63,536 bases of DNA, filler included, from an uncultured Methanosarcinales archaeon (GCA_964535955.1; 6 parts of 6 records of this genome joined end to end with filler, not necessarily neighbours in it); one strand, 5' to 3'. Counted from the first letter of the whole stretch, positions 29,881-41,333 are shown. Numbers and translations are program-made. The notes: generated by a model from the sequence alone, not told the origin.

Positions 29881-31878
29881 ATGGCAAAAAGTGTTAAAAA
29901 AAGGGGTAATAGTAAGAATTCTAAAAAAACAATTAGTAAAAAATCTATTAAAAAGGTTTCAAAATCTTTAAAACAATCAAAAACAAATTCAAAATTATCA
30001 ATCCCTCTTAATTTTAAATCAACAAAAGAGATCATAGTTGACAAAAACATAATCAACCAAGTCATTGGCCAGGAACAAGCAGTAGAAATAATGAAAAAAG
30101 CTGCTAATCAAAGAAGGCATGTTTTATTAATAGGAGAACCAGGTACTGGTAAATCATTATTAGGTTTAGGCTTGGCAGAATTATTACCAAAAGAAAAACT
30201 AGTTGATATTCTTGCATTTTTTAATCCTAATGATGAACATCAACCAATGATAAGAACAATGCCAGCTGGCAAAGCAAGGTCACTTATACAACAAGCAAGA
30301 ATAAAATCAATGTCAATGTTCAAGAATCAAAACATAATCATGTTTATTTTAGTAATATTAGCAATGATCATGCCGTGGTGGGGTTTTTCATATTTTTCTA
30401 ATTTACATAATACAACAGTGGCAGCAATAATGTTTGTTGCACTATTCCTTGGTGGTCTGGTTTTTCTTATTGCATTTGTTTTATTCACTAACTTAGGCAA
30501 AAGAATGAGTGATAAAGGACAAGTTCCAAAGATAATTGTTGACAATTTCAGTAAAAGAAAAGCACCTTTTAATGATGGCACAGGTGCACATGCAGGAGCA
30601 TTATTAGGAGATGTACTCCATGATCCGCTTCAATCTGGAGGCCTGGGTACACCTGCACATGAAAGAGTAGTTGCAGGCATGATTCATAAAACTAACATGG
30701 GTGTTTTATTTATTGATGAGATAGCAACCCTGCACCCGCACACACAACAAGAATTATTAACAGCATTGCAAGAAGGAAAATATCCAATAACAGGTCAAAG
30801 TGAAAGATCAGCAGGTGCAATGGTTAGAACAGAACCAGTACCTTGCAATTTTATTCTAGTTGCAGCTGGAAATGTTGAAACAGTCACAAAAATGCACCCT
30901 GCACTTCGTTCTAGAATAAGAGGTTATGGTTATGAGATTTATATGAATGTAACAATGAAAGATACACCAGAAAACAGATTAAAGATTGCTCAGTTAGTTG
31001 CACAAGAAGTTGTAAAAGATAAAAAGATTCCTCACTTTGCAAGAGAAAGTGTCAATATAATAATAGAAGAAGCAAGAAAGATGGCTAATAGAAAAGGTCA
31101 TCTAACATTAAGGCTCAGGGAACTAGGTGGTTTGATAAGAGCAGCAGGAGATGTTGCAATAGAAGAAAATGCTTCCTTAGTTACACCAAATCATATTATC
31201 ACAGCAAAAAAAATAGCAAGAACATTAGAAAAACAAATGGCTGACAAATATATTGAACATAAAAAAGATTATCAAGTAATTATAACAGAAGGTAAAAAAG
31301 TTGGCAGAGTCAATGGCTTAGCTGTTATTGGTGCAGAAGGAGCATTCTCTGGTATCATATTACCAATTGAGTCAGAAGTTACTGCTGGTGGCAAGGTTGC
31401 AGAGATCATTGCAACAGGAAAACTTGGTGAGATTGCAAAAGAAGCTGTTAAAAATGTTTCAGCAATTATTAAGAAACATTTTGGTGAGGATATAAAAGAA
31501 ACAAAAGATATTCATGTACAGTTCTTGCAAACATATGAAGGATTAGAGGGTGACAGTGCAAGCATTGCAGTAGCAACATCAGTCATATCAGCTCTAAAAA
31601 AGATCCCTGTGCGGCAAGATACTGCAATGACAGGATCATTATCTGTTCGTGGAGAAGTATTGCCAATTGGTGGTGCTTCTGCTAAAGTTGAGGCTGCAAT
31701 TGATGCAGGCATTAAACAAATACTTGTTCCAAAAGCAAATGTACAAGACATTGTGGTTGACAAAAATAGGCTAAAAAGAATAAAAATAATCCCTGTTGAA
31801 AATATTCAACAAGTTCTCAAAGTTGCTCTTGTTTGGAAAGGAAAAGAGAAAATTTTAAAAAAGATTGTGTCTAACTAA
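29881..31878 (+). CDS. lonB: Archaeal ATP-dependent protease LonB
   Basis: [14 protein letters not shown], two-TM insertion in the AAA+ domain, LFIDE, catalytic EGDSAS and K in ASAKVEAA. Confidence 0.96.
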   Translation: MAKSVKKRGNSKNSKKTISKKSIKKVSKSLKQSKTNSKLSIPLNFKSTKEIIVDKNIINQVIGQEQAVEIMKKAANQRRHVLLIGEPGTGKSLLGLGLAELLPKEKLVDILAFFNPNDEHQPMIRTMPAGKARSLIQQARIKSMSMFKNQNIIMFILVILAMIMPWWGFSYFSNLHNTTVAAIMFVALFLGGLVFLIAFVLFTNLGKRMSDKGQVPKIIVDNFSKRKAPFNDGTGAHAGALLGDVLHDPLQSGGLGTPAHERVVAGMIHKTNMGVLFIDEIATLHPHTQQELLTALQEGKYPITGQSERSAGAMVRTEPVPCNFILVAAGNVETVTKMHPALRSRIRGYGYEIYMNVTMKDTPENRLKIAQLVAQEVVKDKKIPHFARESVNIIIEEARKMANRKGHLTLRLRELGGLIRAAGDVAIEENASLVTPNHIITAKKIARTLEKQMADKYIEHKKDYQVIITEGKKVGRVNGLAVIGAEGAFSGIILPIESEVTAGGKVAEIIATGKLGEIAKEAVKNVSAIIKKHFGEDIKETKDIHVQFLQTYEGLEGDSASIAVATSVISALKKIPVRQDTAMTGSLSVRGEVLPIGGASAKVEAAIDAGIKQILVPKANVQDIVVDKNRLKRIKIIPVENIQQVLKVALVWKGKEKILKKIVSN

Positions 31879-31886
31879 GTATTAAT

Positions 31887-32726
31887 ATGAAACAATCAGT
31901 TAATTCACTATCTTTATTAATATCTTTAACACTATTTATCATAGTCTTACACAGCACATCAGCATTAGCAACAGAATATTACATAGATCAAGAAATAGAA
32001 ATAATGGAGAATGGTGATGCTGTTGTTTCTGGCATTGTTAATGTAGATTTATTCTCAGACATAAGTATCAAAGGCGACACAATTCAAGGAACAACATCAG
32101 AACTAACATCTAAATCAGGAGCACAATGGATTTTTTCATACCAGAACAATGAGGTTTTTTCAAATTATATTGTAAAGATTTTGTTTCCATCTGGTGTGAA
32201 GATTAGTAATATTGTTTCTGAATCAGAATTAAGCATTGAAAATGAAAATAGTAGAACAAAATTAGTATTCATTGGTAAGGACCAAGTTCTAGACATCAAT
32301 GTTGAATATTCTTTTGACACAAAGCTTGAGACAAATTACAATGCAGTGTCATATGGCTTGTTTATATTTATTATTGTTCTTTGTTTATTTATTTATTTTA
32401 ATAAAAAACATCATAAGAAACAACATCAACAAAAGAAACAAACAGATAAACATGATAAAAAAGAAAACTCAACAGAAAAACAATTAAACAAGACAAAACT
32501 AAACACAATCAAGTTGACATTAAATGAAACACAGTTAAAGATTGTCGATGCTTTGCTTGATCAAGATGGTGAATGTTCACAGACAAAGCTTAGGCATTTG
32601 ACTGGTATTCCAAAGGCTTCATTGTCACGTAATTTGGAGTTGTTGTCACAGAAGCATGTTGTGTCTAAGTTTTATAATGGTACTTCTAATTATATTAAGG
32701 TGCATGTTGGTTTGTATGAGAAATAG
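31887..32726 (+). CDS. Single-pass membrane protein with cytoplasmic winged HTH (putative membrane-bound regulator)
   Basis: Signal peptide, extracellular beta domain, TM, then LNETQLKIVDALL...SQTKLRHLTGIPKASLSRNL. Confidence 0.8.
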   Translation: MKQSVNSLSLLISLTLFIIVLHSTSALATEYYIDQEIEIMENGDAVVSGIVNVDLFSDISIKGDTIQGTTSELTSKSGAQWIFSYQNNEVFSNYIVKILFPSGVKISNIVSESELSIENENSRTKLVFIGKDQVLDINVEYSFDTKLETNYNAVSYGLFIFIIVLCLFIYFNKKHHKKQHQQKKQTDKHDKKENSTEKQLNKTKLNTIKLTLNETQLKIVDALLDQDGECSQTKLRHLTGIPKASLSRNLELLSQKHVVSKFYNGTSNYIKVHVGLYEK

Positions 32727-32769
32727 ATTTCTTGATTACTGGCAACTAAATTTAAGCTATGTTAAAATG

Positions 32770-33390
32770 TTATTTACTTAATTTTCTTATGGACTCAATT
32801 ATACGAAGATATTTCTGTAAATTTTCATTTAATATTGACAAGATCAATGGTCTGATTGACCTATAATAATATTTTAACTCAGTGTTAGTCAAAGGTTCAT
32901 GATTAAATATGGTTTTCATTATTCTCAATTTTGCAGGAGCAAATATGTTTGATAAAGCTTTGTTTAAATTTAGTTTTCCTCTTATCTTAATTTGTTCTTT
33001 AAAATATATTTCTTCATTTTTTTTTGTGTTCTTAATAAAATCTTTGAACGAATCATGATAATATTTGAATTCATCATTACTTATCCTTTTTTTGATTTTA
33101 TTATTCTTAATTATCTTTTTTAGATCTGAATTATCAATTTGTTCTGTCTGAAATATTTTATTAGCAATAATAGTTATTTTATCAAAATTGTTCTTTCTTA
33201 TTGTATTTAATTTGTTGATTATCTTTTTATAATCAAATTCATATTGTAATAATAAAGGAATAGCTAAGTTCAATCTTTCATTATCTTGTTTAAGTATTTC
33301 AATGATTCTGCTATCATTAGAATCATAATTAGGAAAATCTAATCTAAACCCTTCTCTTTCAAGATCTTTGATAAGCTTTGCTGAAATCAT
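32770..33390 (-). CDS. Hypothetical protein, partner of the upstream nucleotidyltransferase
   Basis: 206-aa ORF with ATGA overlap to the upstream gene. Confidence 0.7.
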   Translation of the reverse strand: MISAKLIKDLEREGFRLDFPNYDSNDSRIIEILKQDNERLNLAIPLLLQYEFDYKKIINKLNTIRKNNFDKITIIANKIFQTEQIDNSDLKKIIKNNKIKKRISNDEFKYYHDSFKDFIKNTKKNEEIYFKEQIKIRGKLNLNKALSNIFAPAKLRIMKTIFNHEPLTNTELKYYYRSIRPLILSILNENLQKYLRIIESIRKLSK

Positions 33391-33986
33391 TTTTTTGGTT
33401 TTATTTTATTTTCTAAATGCTTGAATTTAATATCATAATGCGATATTAATGAAATATCTGCTAATCCATAATATCTTTTCTTTAAAGTATTAAAATCAAT
33501 CTTTTGTGTTTTGATTATTTCAATAATATCCTCAAAATCTCTTGGTTCTGAACGAGCAATCTTTGTTATTATTATATCATACCAATTCAAGATGTATAAT
33601 TGTAATTTACCGATGTGTCTTAGATGTTCTGATAATTCTTTCCAATTGTCAGGCAATGCTATTCCTAGTATAAATTCATCATAAAAGATGTCTATTCTTA
33701 TATTTCCTAAATACCAAATATTGCATAATTTTGAATTACTTTTTTCTTTTAACCCTGCTAATTTGAACAATTTGCTTATTGTATCATAATCTAATGTTGT
33801 CATAAAATCAATATCTTTAGTAGATTCTTTAATATTCTTCAAGACCATTGCAGTTCCACCAATAGCAAAAAACTCAATCTCTGTGTCTAAATCTGCTATA
33901 AGCTGTAAAAAGTTCTCTAAATCTTTAAGATTTGTATCTTTTGGGTTCTTATAATCATTTTCATACATATTTATACACCTTTTCAT
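33387..33986 (-). CDS. Nucleotidyltransferase (DUF6036/AbiEii-like)
   Basis: AIGGTAM...STKDIDF and TKIARSEPRDFED motifs. Confidence 0.8.
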   Translation of the reverse strand: MKRCINMYENDYKNPKDTNLKDLENFLQLIADLDTEIEFFAIGGTAMVLKNIKESTKDIDFMTTLDYDTISKLFKLAGLKEKSNSKLCNIWYLGNIRIDIFYDEFILGIALPDNWKELSEHLRHIGKLQLYILNWYDIIITKIARSEPRDFEDIIEIIKTQKIDFNTLKKRYYGLADISLISHYDIKFKHLENKIKPKK

Positions 33987-34038
33987 ATGTATGAATATGA
34001 ATTAGTATATAAAGGTTTTGGTTAATTTAATACATAAT

Positions 34039-34122
34039 TTGTTGTTTCAGAAGGATATTATTTCTAAATATTATAATGGCACTTCTAATTATATTAAGAT
34101 TCATGTTGGGTTGTATGAATAA
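34039..34122 (+). pseudogene. Duplicated 3' end (27 codons plus stop) of the 31887..32726 gene
   Basis: LLFQKDIISKYYNGTSNYIKIHVGLYE* versus LLSQKHVVSKFYNGTSNYIKVHVGLYEK*; 68/81 nt identical to 32640-32720 by hand count. Confidence 0.88.
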
Positions 34123-34127
34123 TTAAT

Positions 34128-34676
34128 TTATCCAAGAATATTTAAGACTGCTTCATACTTATTTTTAATAATAGTTTTTGCATTGGGTGTAAGCTTATTC
34201 CATGATCTTTCTAATTTACCTTTAACAAACTCTTTTGCTTTGTCAGTATCTAATTTTCTTATTTTTATTGCTAAATAAAATAATGAACTAAGATTATCAA
34301 AATGCGACATTGCATCAGCATTAGCAACGCATTCTGCTTCTATTGTTTCTCTTGGAATATCTTTACTTGCTCTATGAGCAACAATACAATGTTTTACTTT
34401 TTCTATTTTCTCCTTAGGATAGTTTAATTCTAATAACAATTTCTCAGCATATTTAAGGCTGGAAATATGATGGTTTTCGTATTCTCCCATTATGCTTCCA
34501 ATATCATGTAACCAAGCAGCAATCTCAACAATTTCCTCATCTGCTCTAGTTTCCTTTGCCAATAGTTTAGCATATTTAACAGTGCTAATAAAATGGTGAG
34601 TATAAGCATTCATACCAAAGAAATTAGTATCTTTTTCACATTGTTCTTTAACAAACTCCTTAACTTTGTTTATCAT
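34128..34676 (-). CDS. HD-domain phosphohydrolase
   Basis: H...AAWLHDIG...HH...ADAMSH. Confidence 0.88.
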   Translation of the reverse strand: MINKVKEFVKEQCEKDTNFFGMNAYTHHFISTVKYAKLLAKETRADEEIVEIAAWLHDIGSIMGEYENHHISSLKYAEKLLLELNYPKEKIEKVKHCIVAHRASKDIPRETIEAECVANADAMSHFDNLSSLFYLAIKIRKLDTDKAKEFVKGKLERSWNKLTPNAKTIIKNKYEAVLNILG

Positions 34677-34769
34677 TGTTAATGGGTATAATAGGATGTT
34701 AATAAATTTTGTTATAGTTTTACATGGTTAATTTTTAATTTATATATGAAAACAAATTCTCGATGGATA

Positions 34770-34810
34770 AAGTTCCACCAAGTTCCACTTAGCATTTAAA
34801 TACTGTTCCA
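34770..34810 (+). promoter_or_regulatory. Candidate operator: GTTCCA direct repeats around a TATA box
   Basis: AAGTTCCAC at 34770 and 34780, TTTAAATA at about 34795, GTTCCA at 34805. Confidence 0.45.
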
Positions 34811-34857
34811 ACCTACTAATATCTATGGTTTACAAAAAACTTAAGGAGGTTATTAAC

Positions 34858-36129
34858 ATGAAAAGAATAATAAGCACACTTCTAATGCTTCTACTTGTAC
34901 TATCTATGTTTAGTGCATTTGCATTAGCAGAAGAAGACAATACAGTTGTTGAAGATACAACTGAACCTGAAGTAGAACAAGTAGATTCAATCGATGAAAC
35001 AGAACAAGATGAATTAATTGAAGAAACAATTGCAGAAACAGAACAAACAGATGAAGAGTTGCAAGAAGAATTAGAAATAACTAAAGAAGAAGCAGAAGAA
35101 ATAGAAAAAGTAGGTAAGAGAATTGGTGTAAAACAATTAGTTCTTAACAAACAGCTAAAACACAGAATGCATGTTGCATTTGTATCAGGAGATGCAATTC
35201 TAAAACACCTAGAAAAGAAAGAAATAGATACAACAGAGTTAAAAGAAATACAAGATAAGATAAAAGTAATTAAAGAAGAGATGAAAGATGAAATGGAAAA
35301 AGAAGAATTCTTAGCAAAGATAGAAGAAGTAAAAAAACTAGTAAAAGAATTTAAAGAAAAAGTACATGAGCTTGTTCCTGAAGAAGAACTAGATGAGTTA
35401 AGAGAAGAAGTTAAAAAAGAAAAAGAAGCTAAAAAAGAAGAACTAGATAAAATAAAAGACAAAGAGAAAAAGATAAGACAATTTCATAACAAAAAACAAC
35501 AAAGAGAGACATTCAAAAAACTGAACAAAGAAGTAAAAGACTTTAGAAAACAAGGCAAGAAACTAATAAAAGTAGAAGAGAAATACAAAGAATTACATGA
35601 ATTAAGAAACAAATGTGGAGCAGAAGAAACTAAAAAAGCAATCACTAAGTGCGGTGGCGATTGGAATAGAAAATTGAAAGAATACAAAAAAGCACATTTT
35701 GAAGACAAGTTGACTAATGAACAAGCTGAACTTTATAAAGAAGCTGGTGACATTAAAAAAGCAATTGCAGAAGCAAAAGAGGCTGGTGAAGATACAACAG
35801 AATTAATGGCTCAGTTAGATGAAGTTGTTGCACAGATAAAAGAACTACATCCTAACAAAGTAAAAAAAAGTGAAGCAGATGCAAAGATTGGTGTCATGAA
35901 AAACAGGATGAATAATTTGAAAGATAAAGAAATGATAAAAGAAAAAGTTCAGAAACACAGAAAAGTAAGAGAAAAAAGTTTAGAAGAAAAAAAATTACAA
36001 TGGAAAGAAAAAAAACAAGAGCAGAGAGAAAATAGACAAGACAAAATACAGGAAAAACAAGAACAAAAGGCACAAAATACTAAGGTAAGAACATGGCCAG
36101 GCAAAACACAAGGAGGTGAAGAACAATGA
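34858..36129 (+). CDS. Secreted Glu/Lys-rich coiled-coil protein
   Basis: AGGAGGT RBS before ATG 34858; signal peptide ending AFALA; charged helical body. Confidence 0.85.
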   Translation: MKRIISTLLMLLLVLSMFSAFALAEEDNTVVEDTTEPEVEQVDSIDETEQDELIEETIAETEQTDEELQEELEITKEEAEEIEKVGKRIGVKQLVLNKQLKHRMHVAFVSGDAILKHLEKKEIDTTELKEIQDKIKVIKEEMKDEMEKEEFLAKIEEVKKLVKEFKEKVHELVPEEELDELREEVKKEKEAKKEELDKIKDKEKKIRQFHNKKQQRETFKKLNKEVKDFRKQGKKLIKVEEKYKELHELRNKCGAEETKKAITKCGGDWNRKLKEYKKAHFEDKLTNEQAELYKEAGDIKKAIAEAKEAGEDTTELMAQLDEVVAQIKELHPNKVKKSEADAKIGVMKNRMNNLKDKEMIKEKVQKHRKVREKSLEEKKLQWKEKKQEQRENRQDKIQEKQEQKAQNTKVRTWPGKTQGGEEQ

Positions 36130-36314
36130 GAAAGATAATTGCGTTATTTTTAGTCATAATGTTGGTAAGTGTTTTGCTAGTTGGCTGTGGTCCTGCAGAA
36201 CCAGAAGGAGCATTGCCAGACAAACCAGATCAACAACAAGAACCAGAAGAGGTTTCAGAATTCGAACCAGACCTTATTGCAGAAGACGAAGTAGATATTG
36301 GTGAAATGGTTTAA
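36126..36314 (+). CDS. Small acidic lipoprotein
   Basis: GGAGGTGA RBS, ATGA overlap, lipobox LLVGC. Confidence 0.75.
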   Translation: MRKIIALFLVIMLVSVLLVGCGPAEPEGALPDKPDQQQEPEEVSEFEPDLIAEDEVDIGEMV

Positions 36315-36351
36315 ATCATTTCATTTATTTTTTTTATTTTTTTAATTTCAT

Positions 36352-37439
36352 TTAAAACTCACCCAAGCCTTTCTGAACATTACGTTCCAACTTAATTGGT
36401 TCAGGTTCATCAGCTTTATTAAACACAGGCACACCATAAACACCATCATAACCAGGTATGATTTTTATTTCCCCTCTCCTATTCTTAAGAATAATATTAG
36501 CTAATTTTTCATTCATTATCTTTTTCAATTCCTCTAATGGGAGCTTTAATAAAATATCAAACTCTGATCTTTTTTCTGTTACTAATTTATTATATTCTTG
36601 CCAAATTGTTTTTGTTGCTAAACCTTTTTTATAAAGTTTTGATAAAATTTCTGTTAAAGGAATTAGTTTAAAATAATCCTTATGATCTTTTGGTAGAAAG
36701 TGTTCTGGTCTATCTGCTAATTCCTCAACTCTATACTCAACACCAATTGTTATTTTTTTTTTACATACCGGACATATTCCTTTGTGTTTGTGTGTTTGTT
36801 GTGGTGAAAAAGAAATTCCACATTTTCTATGACCATCAAAATGATACCTACCATAACCAGGATCAGTTTCAACAGTTGAATGCAAATCCTCACCAGTTCT
36901 GATTGCTTTTATTATATTTTTATATGTTAATTTATTTATATCAAAAGTTGTAGCTTCTCTTCCAATCCTCCATGGCCAAAATGAATGCATATCAGAGAAA
37001 GAAACTAAATTATATTTATCAAGTTTAGATAATCTCCAGTTCATTGCTGGATCAGAACTCATACCAGTTTCTAATGCATGAATATATTTAGATTTTTCTT
37101 GAAAACATTCTTCAACAGAATCAAAACCAGACTTTTCCCCAAGCAAACCAAACCAGGGAGTCCAAACATGCGCTGGTACTATTTCTATATCTTTAGATAT
37201 AGAGTTCATCATATCAACTAACTCAATTGCTGTAAAACCAAATATTGGTCTACCATCATAATCAATTCTGCCTTTTTTTAATAATGCAGCTGTGATTTGA
37301 TCAGAAACTTCTTTGTTTGGTGAAAATATCATTAAATGAAGTCTTCTCCCTCTTCCACCTTGTGAATACATTAATGAGATTTCTGTTTGAAATATGAATG
37401 GAAACTTTGTCTTGCTCCACAGAATACCATTTTCATCTT
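36352..37439 (-). CDS. Endonuclease Q-like PHP-domain protein, 5' end lost in gap
   Basis: DGRPIFG, VPAHVWTPWF, ETGMSSDP, SDMHS, YHFDGHRKC...CPVC; frame open to the gap. Confidence 0.88.
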
Positions 37440-37539
37440 NNNNNNNNNNNNNNNNNNNNNNNNNNNNNNNNNNNNNNNNNNNNTTAATTAATTAANNNNN
37501 NNNNNNNNNNNNNNNNNNNNNNNNNNNNNNNNNNNNNNN

Positions 37540-38456
37540 TGCCACATTTCTTTCCAATTAAAATTAAAAGCTAAGAACTCAAGCTTATCAAGTTTGCAAT
37601 CAAAACCATACTTAATATGTTCCATGTTAATGAACTTAGCAATACCTTGGTTCCTAAACTTAGGATTAACTGCGCCCATAAACACAGTCATAGTATTATT
37701 ATAAATACAACCAAAATCCACTGCAGCCAATTCTCCATTAACATTAACAACAGTCATATACATTATATTTCTTTTCATAAACAAATCAAGAACATCAGCA
37801 AATGCTTTGTTAAATCTCTTATCATAAAAATAAGACTTCTTACCAAATGCTTTTATGCTCCATTTTTTCATAATCTTATAATATTTTTTATAATTAGTAG
37901 GACATCTGATTATATCAACACCTTGTTTATTTAAATTTCTAATATCTCTTAATATATTTCTTACATGTTTTCTTTTAAACAGTTTATGATAATTATTAAG
38001 ATTATATTTAAACTCCTTTGGATACAAAGAATAAGTACAATCATCATCTTCAAACATTTTTTTATACAAAGGAATTTCATCAATTCCAGTTAACTTAGTA
38101 TTTGCAGGACACATTTTGATTAATTCTTTCAATGATCTTTTTTTATGTAAGAATATAGAATTTTTTTCTATCCAATCATCATCTCCTGGAAAAAACTTAA
38201 ACAATTTTTGATCGTCATCATAAGACAAAGGCAGCATTCCAACAATTTGTCCTTTTTTCTTATGAACAATAAAGTGCGGCAAGTTATTAAAATATTTATG
38301 AAAACAGAATTTAAATTCCCACATATCAGAAATCTTTTTGTTCACACTAAAAGTTTTCCAAAGTTTTTCACATTCACTTATGTCTGTAACGATTTCAAAC
38401 TCGTCACCAGATGTTAATTGCATAACCTCTTTTTGTTCTTTCATATATTCTATCAA
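37540..38456 (-). CDS. GNAT-family acetyltransferase (CelD/BcsL-like), 3' end lost in gap
   Basis: VGMLPL, VNGELAAVDFG, FRNQGIAK, EFL...WKEMW pattern. Confidence 0.7.
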
Positions 38457-38802
38457 CCTTTTTGTGTTTAATCTTTATCTATATATTATTTTACAAAAAA
38501 TCCTTTATAAACCTTTTCTTTTTTTCAAATCCTCGACGAGGAATTTTCATTATTTTTACTATTTTTTAATGGTTTTTCTGTTATTTTCTTTATTTTTTTT
38601 ATTTTTTTCTATCGACGGGAAAAATTTACTTTTTTTCTTGATTTTTTTTAATTTTTAACAAATTTTAGAATTTTTTTGATTTTTTTACAATTTTTTTTAC
38701 TTTTTTTATTTTTTTTAGAATTTTTTAACAAAAATCTTTATTTTTTTGTTTTTTGCTTAAATATTTCTGTTTTTTATGTTTTTTTGTTAATTTTTTACAA
38801 AA

Positions 38803-39513
38803 TTAGCTCAAAATTTTAATTAATTCAGACAATTTTTTAATTCTGTAATTAGGTTTCCAATTTCCTCTGACATTCACTTTTTTCTTTGTTATCAATACAG
38901 TATACATACCAACTTCATTTGCACCTTCAACATCTCTTTCCTCATTATCACCAACCATGATTACATCTGAAGGTAAAAGATTTACCCTGTTTAATGCAAG
39001 CAAAAACATTTCAGGATTTGGTTTATCCATTCCTACTTCTTCAGAAGTGACTACAGAATCAACATATTTTGTTATTTTCAACTGTTTTATTTTTCTCATT
39101 TGGATATGTGCTGTTAAATCAGTAACAATTACTATTTTGATTTTATTTTTAGTTAAAAAATCAAAAACCTTAATGGCATCTGAAAACATTTTCATATCTT
39201 TTAACAAAGTATTCCAATAAGTACTATACAGTTTTAAAATCAAATTTACTTCAAATGTTCCAATTAATTTCTCAACCATCCTTTGGAAATATAAAACTCT
39301 GTTATGAGAAGAAGCTGTACCTACTAGTTCATTCTTAATCTCTTTTTTAGCATTGTTAAAAGCCTGAACAAATTTTAATTTTGTTAAACCTTTAACCTTT
39401 GTTTTAAAAACCTTATAACAAGCATTTAAAGATTTCTTATGACATGAATCATAATCATACAAAGTATTATCTAGGTCAAAAAACACAGCTTTTATATCTC
39501 TTTTTTTTAACAT
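38803..39513 (-). CDS. HAD-superfamily hydrolase
   Basis: FFDLDNTLY, KPNPEMF, MVGDNEERDVEGA. Confidence 0.92.
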   Translation of the reverse strand: MLKKRDIKAVFFDLDNTLYDYDSCHKKSLNACYKVFKTKVKGLTKLKFVQAFNNAKKEIKNELVGTASSHNRVLYFQRMVEKLIGTFEVNLILKLYSTYWNTLLKDMKMFSDAIKVFDFLTKNKIKIVIVTDLTAHIQMRKIKQLKITKYVDSVVTSEEVGMDKPNPEMFLLALNRVNLLPSDVIMVGDNEERDVEGANEVGMYTVLITKKKVNVRGNWKPNYRIKKLSELIKILS

Positions 39514-39593
39514 AATTATATTTTTTATTTTGGATTATATAAATCTTATGTTTTGAGCAAACTTTAAATACTACTACTCCATAAATTAACATT

Positions 39594-40798
39594 ATGCCTC
39601 CAACAAATAGCGCAAGCAACATAACTCCTGAACAGCAAGAAGAGATAAAAAAACAAATAGAGCTTCAGAAACAAAGATGTCCATTTTGTCAGATGGTTAC
39701 TGGACAAATACCTGTTAAAAAAGTTTATGAAGATGATAAAGTTCTTGCTGTGTTAGATATTAATCCTATTTCAAAAGGCCATGTTCTTCTAATGCCAAAA
39801 GAACATTATCCAATCATGCCTCTTATCCCTCAAGATCTATTAAACCATTTATTTAGAATAACAAAACACATTTCTGAAGCATGCCTCACAAAAATACCAT
39901 GCCAAGGAACAAATATTTTTATTGGAAATGGTGCTATTGCAGGCCAATCACCTACAGGTCATTCAATGATACATATTATACCAAGAGACGAAGGAGATGA
40001 AATCAAAAACTTTAATCTTCCTAAGATAAAGATTATTGCAAAGGAAGTTGATGAAATTCTTCCTTCTTTAAAAAATAATATTAATATAATGTTAAGAGAA
40101 AATGTAATGAAGCATCCAATACCTGGAAGAAAACCACCTAAAGTAGAAATGCCTGAGATAACAGAAGAACAATTAATACAAACAATTGAAGCAAACCCAC
40201 AATTAAAAGATATATTAGTAAACAAACCAGATCAGTTTAAACAATTACTTCAGACAAATAAACAATTGCAAATGTTATTCCATGGAAAAGATATTGATAA
40301 AATTATTGATAAATTGTCAGAAGCGAAAGCTTCTGATCATGATCAGAAATCTTCGATTTCTGACATAAAAGGAAAACAAGTAGAAGTAGTTGAGCCAAAG
40401 CTTAATCTTGATGCAATAGCAGAAGTTATGAAAGAAAAAGAGGAAAAAGTAGAAGAAGAAACACAAGAAGAGGAAGAAAAACAAACAGAAGATACAGAAG
40501 AACAAGATGATGATGAAGAAAAAGAAACAGTAGCAAAACAAGAAGAGAAANNNNNNNNNNNNNNNNNNNNNNNNNNNNNNNNNNNNNNNNNNNNNNNNNN
40601 NNNNNNNNNNNNNNNNNNNNNNNNNNNNNNNNNNNNNNNNNNNNNNNNNNAGAAGAACAAGATGATGATGAAGAAAAAGAAACAGTAGCAAAACAAGAAG
40701 AGAAAAAAGACCAAGAACAAGATGATGATGAAGAAGAAGAAGAAGATGAACCAAAAAAAGGAGTTAATTTAGACCAAATAGCAGATCTATTTAGTTAA
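39594..40798 (+). CDS. HIT-family protein with acidic C-terminal extension (degenerate triad); spans N gap
   Basis: CPFC, DINPISKGHVLLMPKEH, GHSMIHIIPR. 40496-40550 equals 40651-40705, so the gene continues ...KKGVNLDQIADLFS* to 40798. Confidence 0.85.
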
Positions 40799-40802
40799 AA
40801 AA

Positions 40803-41333
40803 ATGACATGCCCACCCTGCGAACTAATAAAAGAACAAGATAAACATATTATCTATGAAGACAATTTAGCAGTTGTCATGCTAGCACCAGACCCTGCTGT
40901 AAAAGGTCACTTAGTGGTTTTACCTAGACAACATTTCCAAGTTATGTCACAAGTACCAGATGATGTAATCAGTTATTTATTTTTAATTGCAAACAAGGTT
41001 TCAACATTAATATTTGAAACATTAGGATGCCAAGGAACAAATATCACAGTTAACAACAGAGTGGCAGCAGGACAAGAATGGGCACATTTCATGATCAATG
41101 TCATACCAAGAAAAGAAAATGATAATATAGATTTTAATTTTAAAAGGTCGAAAGCAGACCAGAATGAATTAGAAGAAATTATGAAAAGAATTAAAGAAGA
41201 GACAAATTATATTGGTCTAGAAGATAAATCACAACAAAAACCAGAAGTGATTGAAGAACAAGGTTCTCAAGAAATAGATGTTAACAAATCAGAAGATGAT
41301 TATAAGTTGAAGCAGTTGAGGCATATACCGTGA
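40803..41333 (+). CDS. HIT-family protein (degenerate triad)
   Basis: CPPC, GHLVVLPRQH, AGQEWAHFMINVIPR. Confidence 0.88.
   Translation: MTCPPCELIKEQDKHIIYEDNLAVVMLAPDPAVKGHLVVLPRQHFQVMSQVPDDVISYLFLIANKVSTLIFETLGCQGTNITVNNRVAAGQEWAHFMINVIPRKENDNIDFNFKRSKADQNELEEIMKRIKEETNYIGLEDKSQQKPEVIEEQGSQEIDVNKSEDDYKLKQLRHIP

Noticed and set aside
34830..35462. 210-aa - strand Ser/Phe-rich ORF and the many other short overlapping ORFs
   Set aside because: Antisense or off-frame shadows of long, motif-supported genes.
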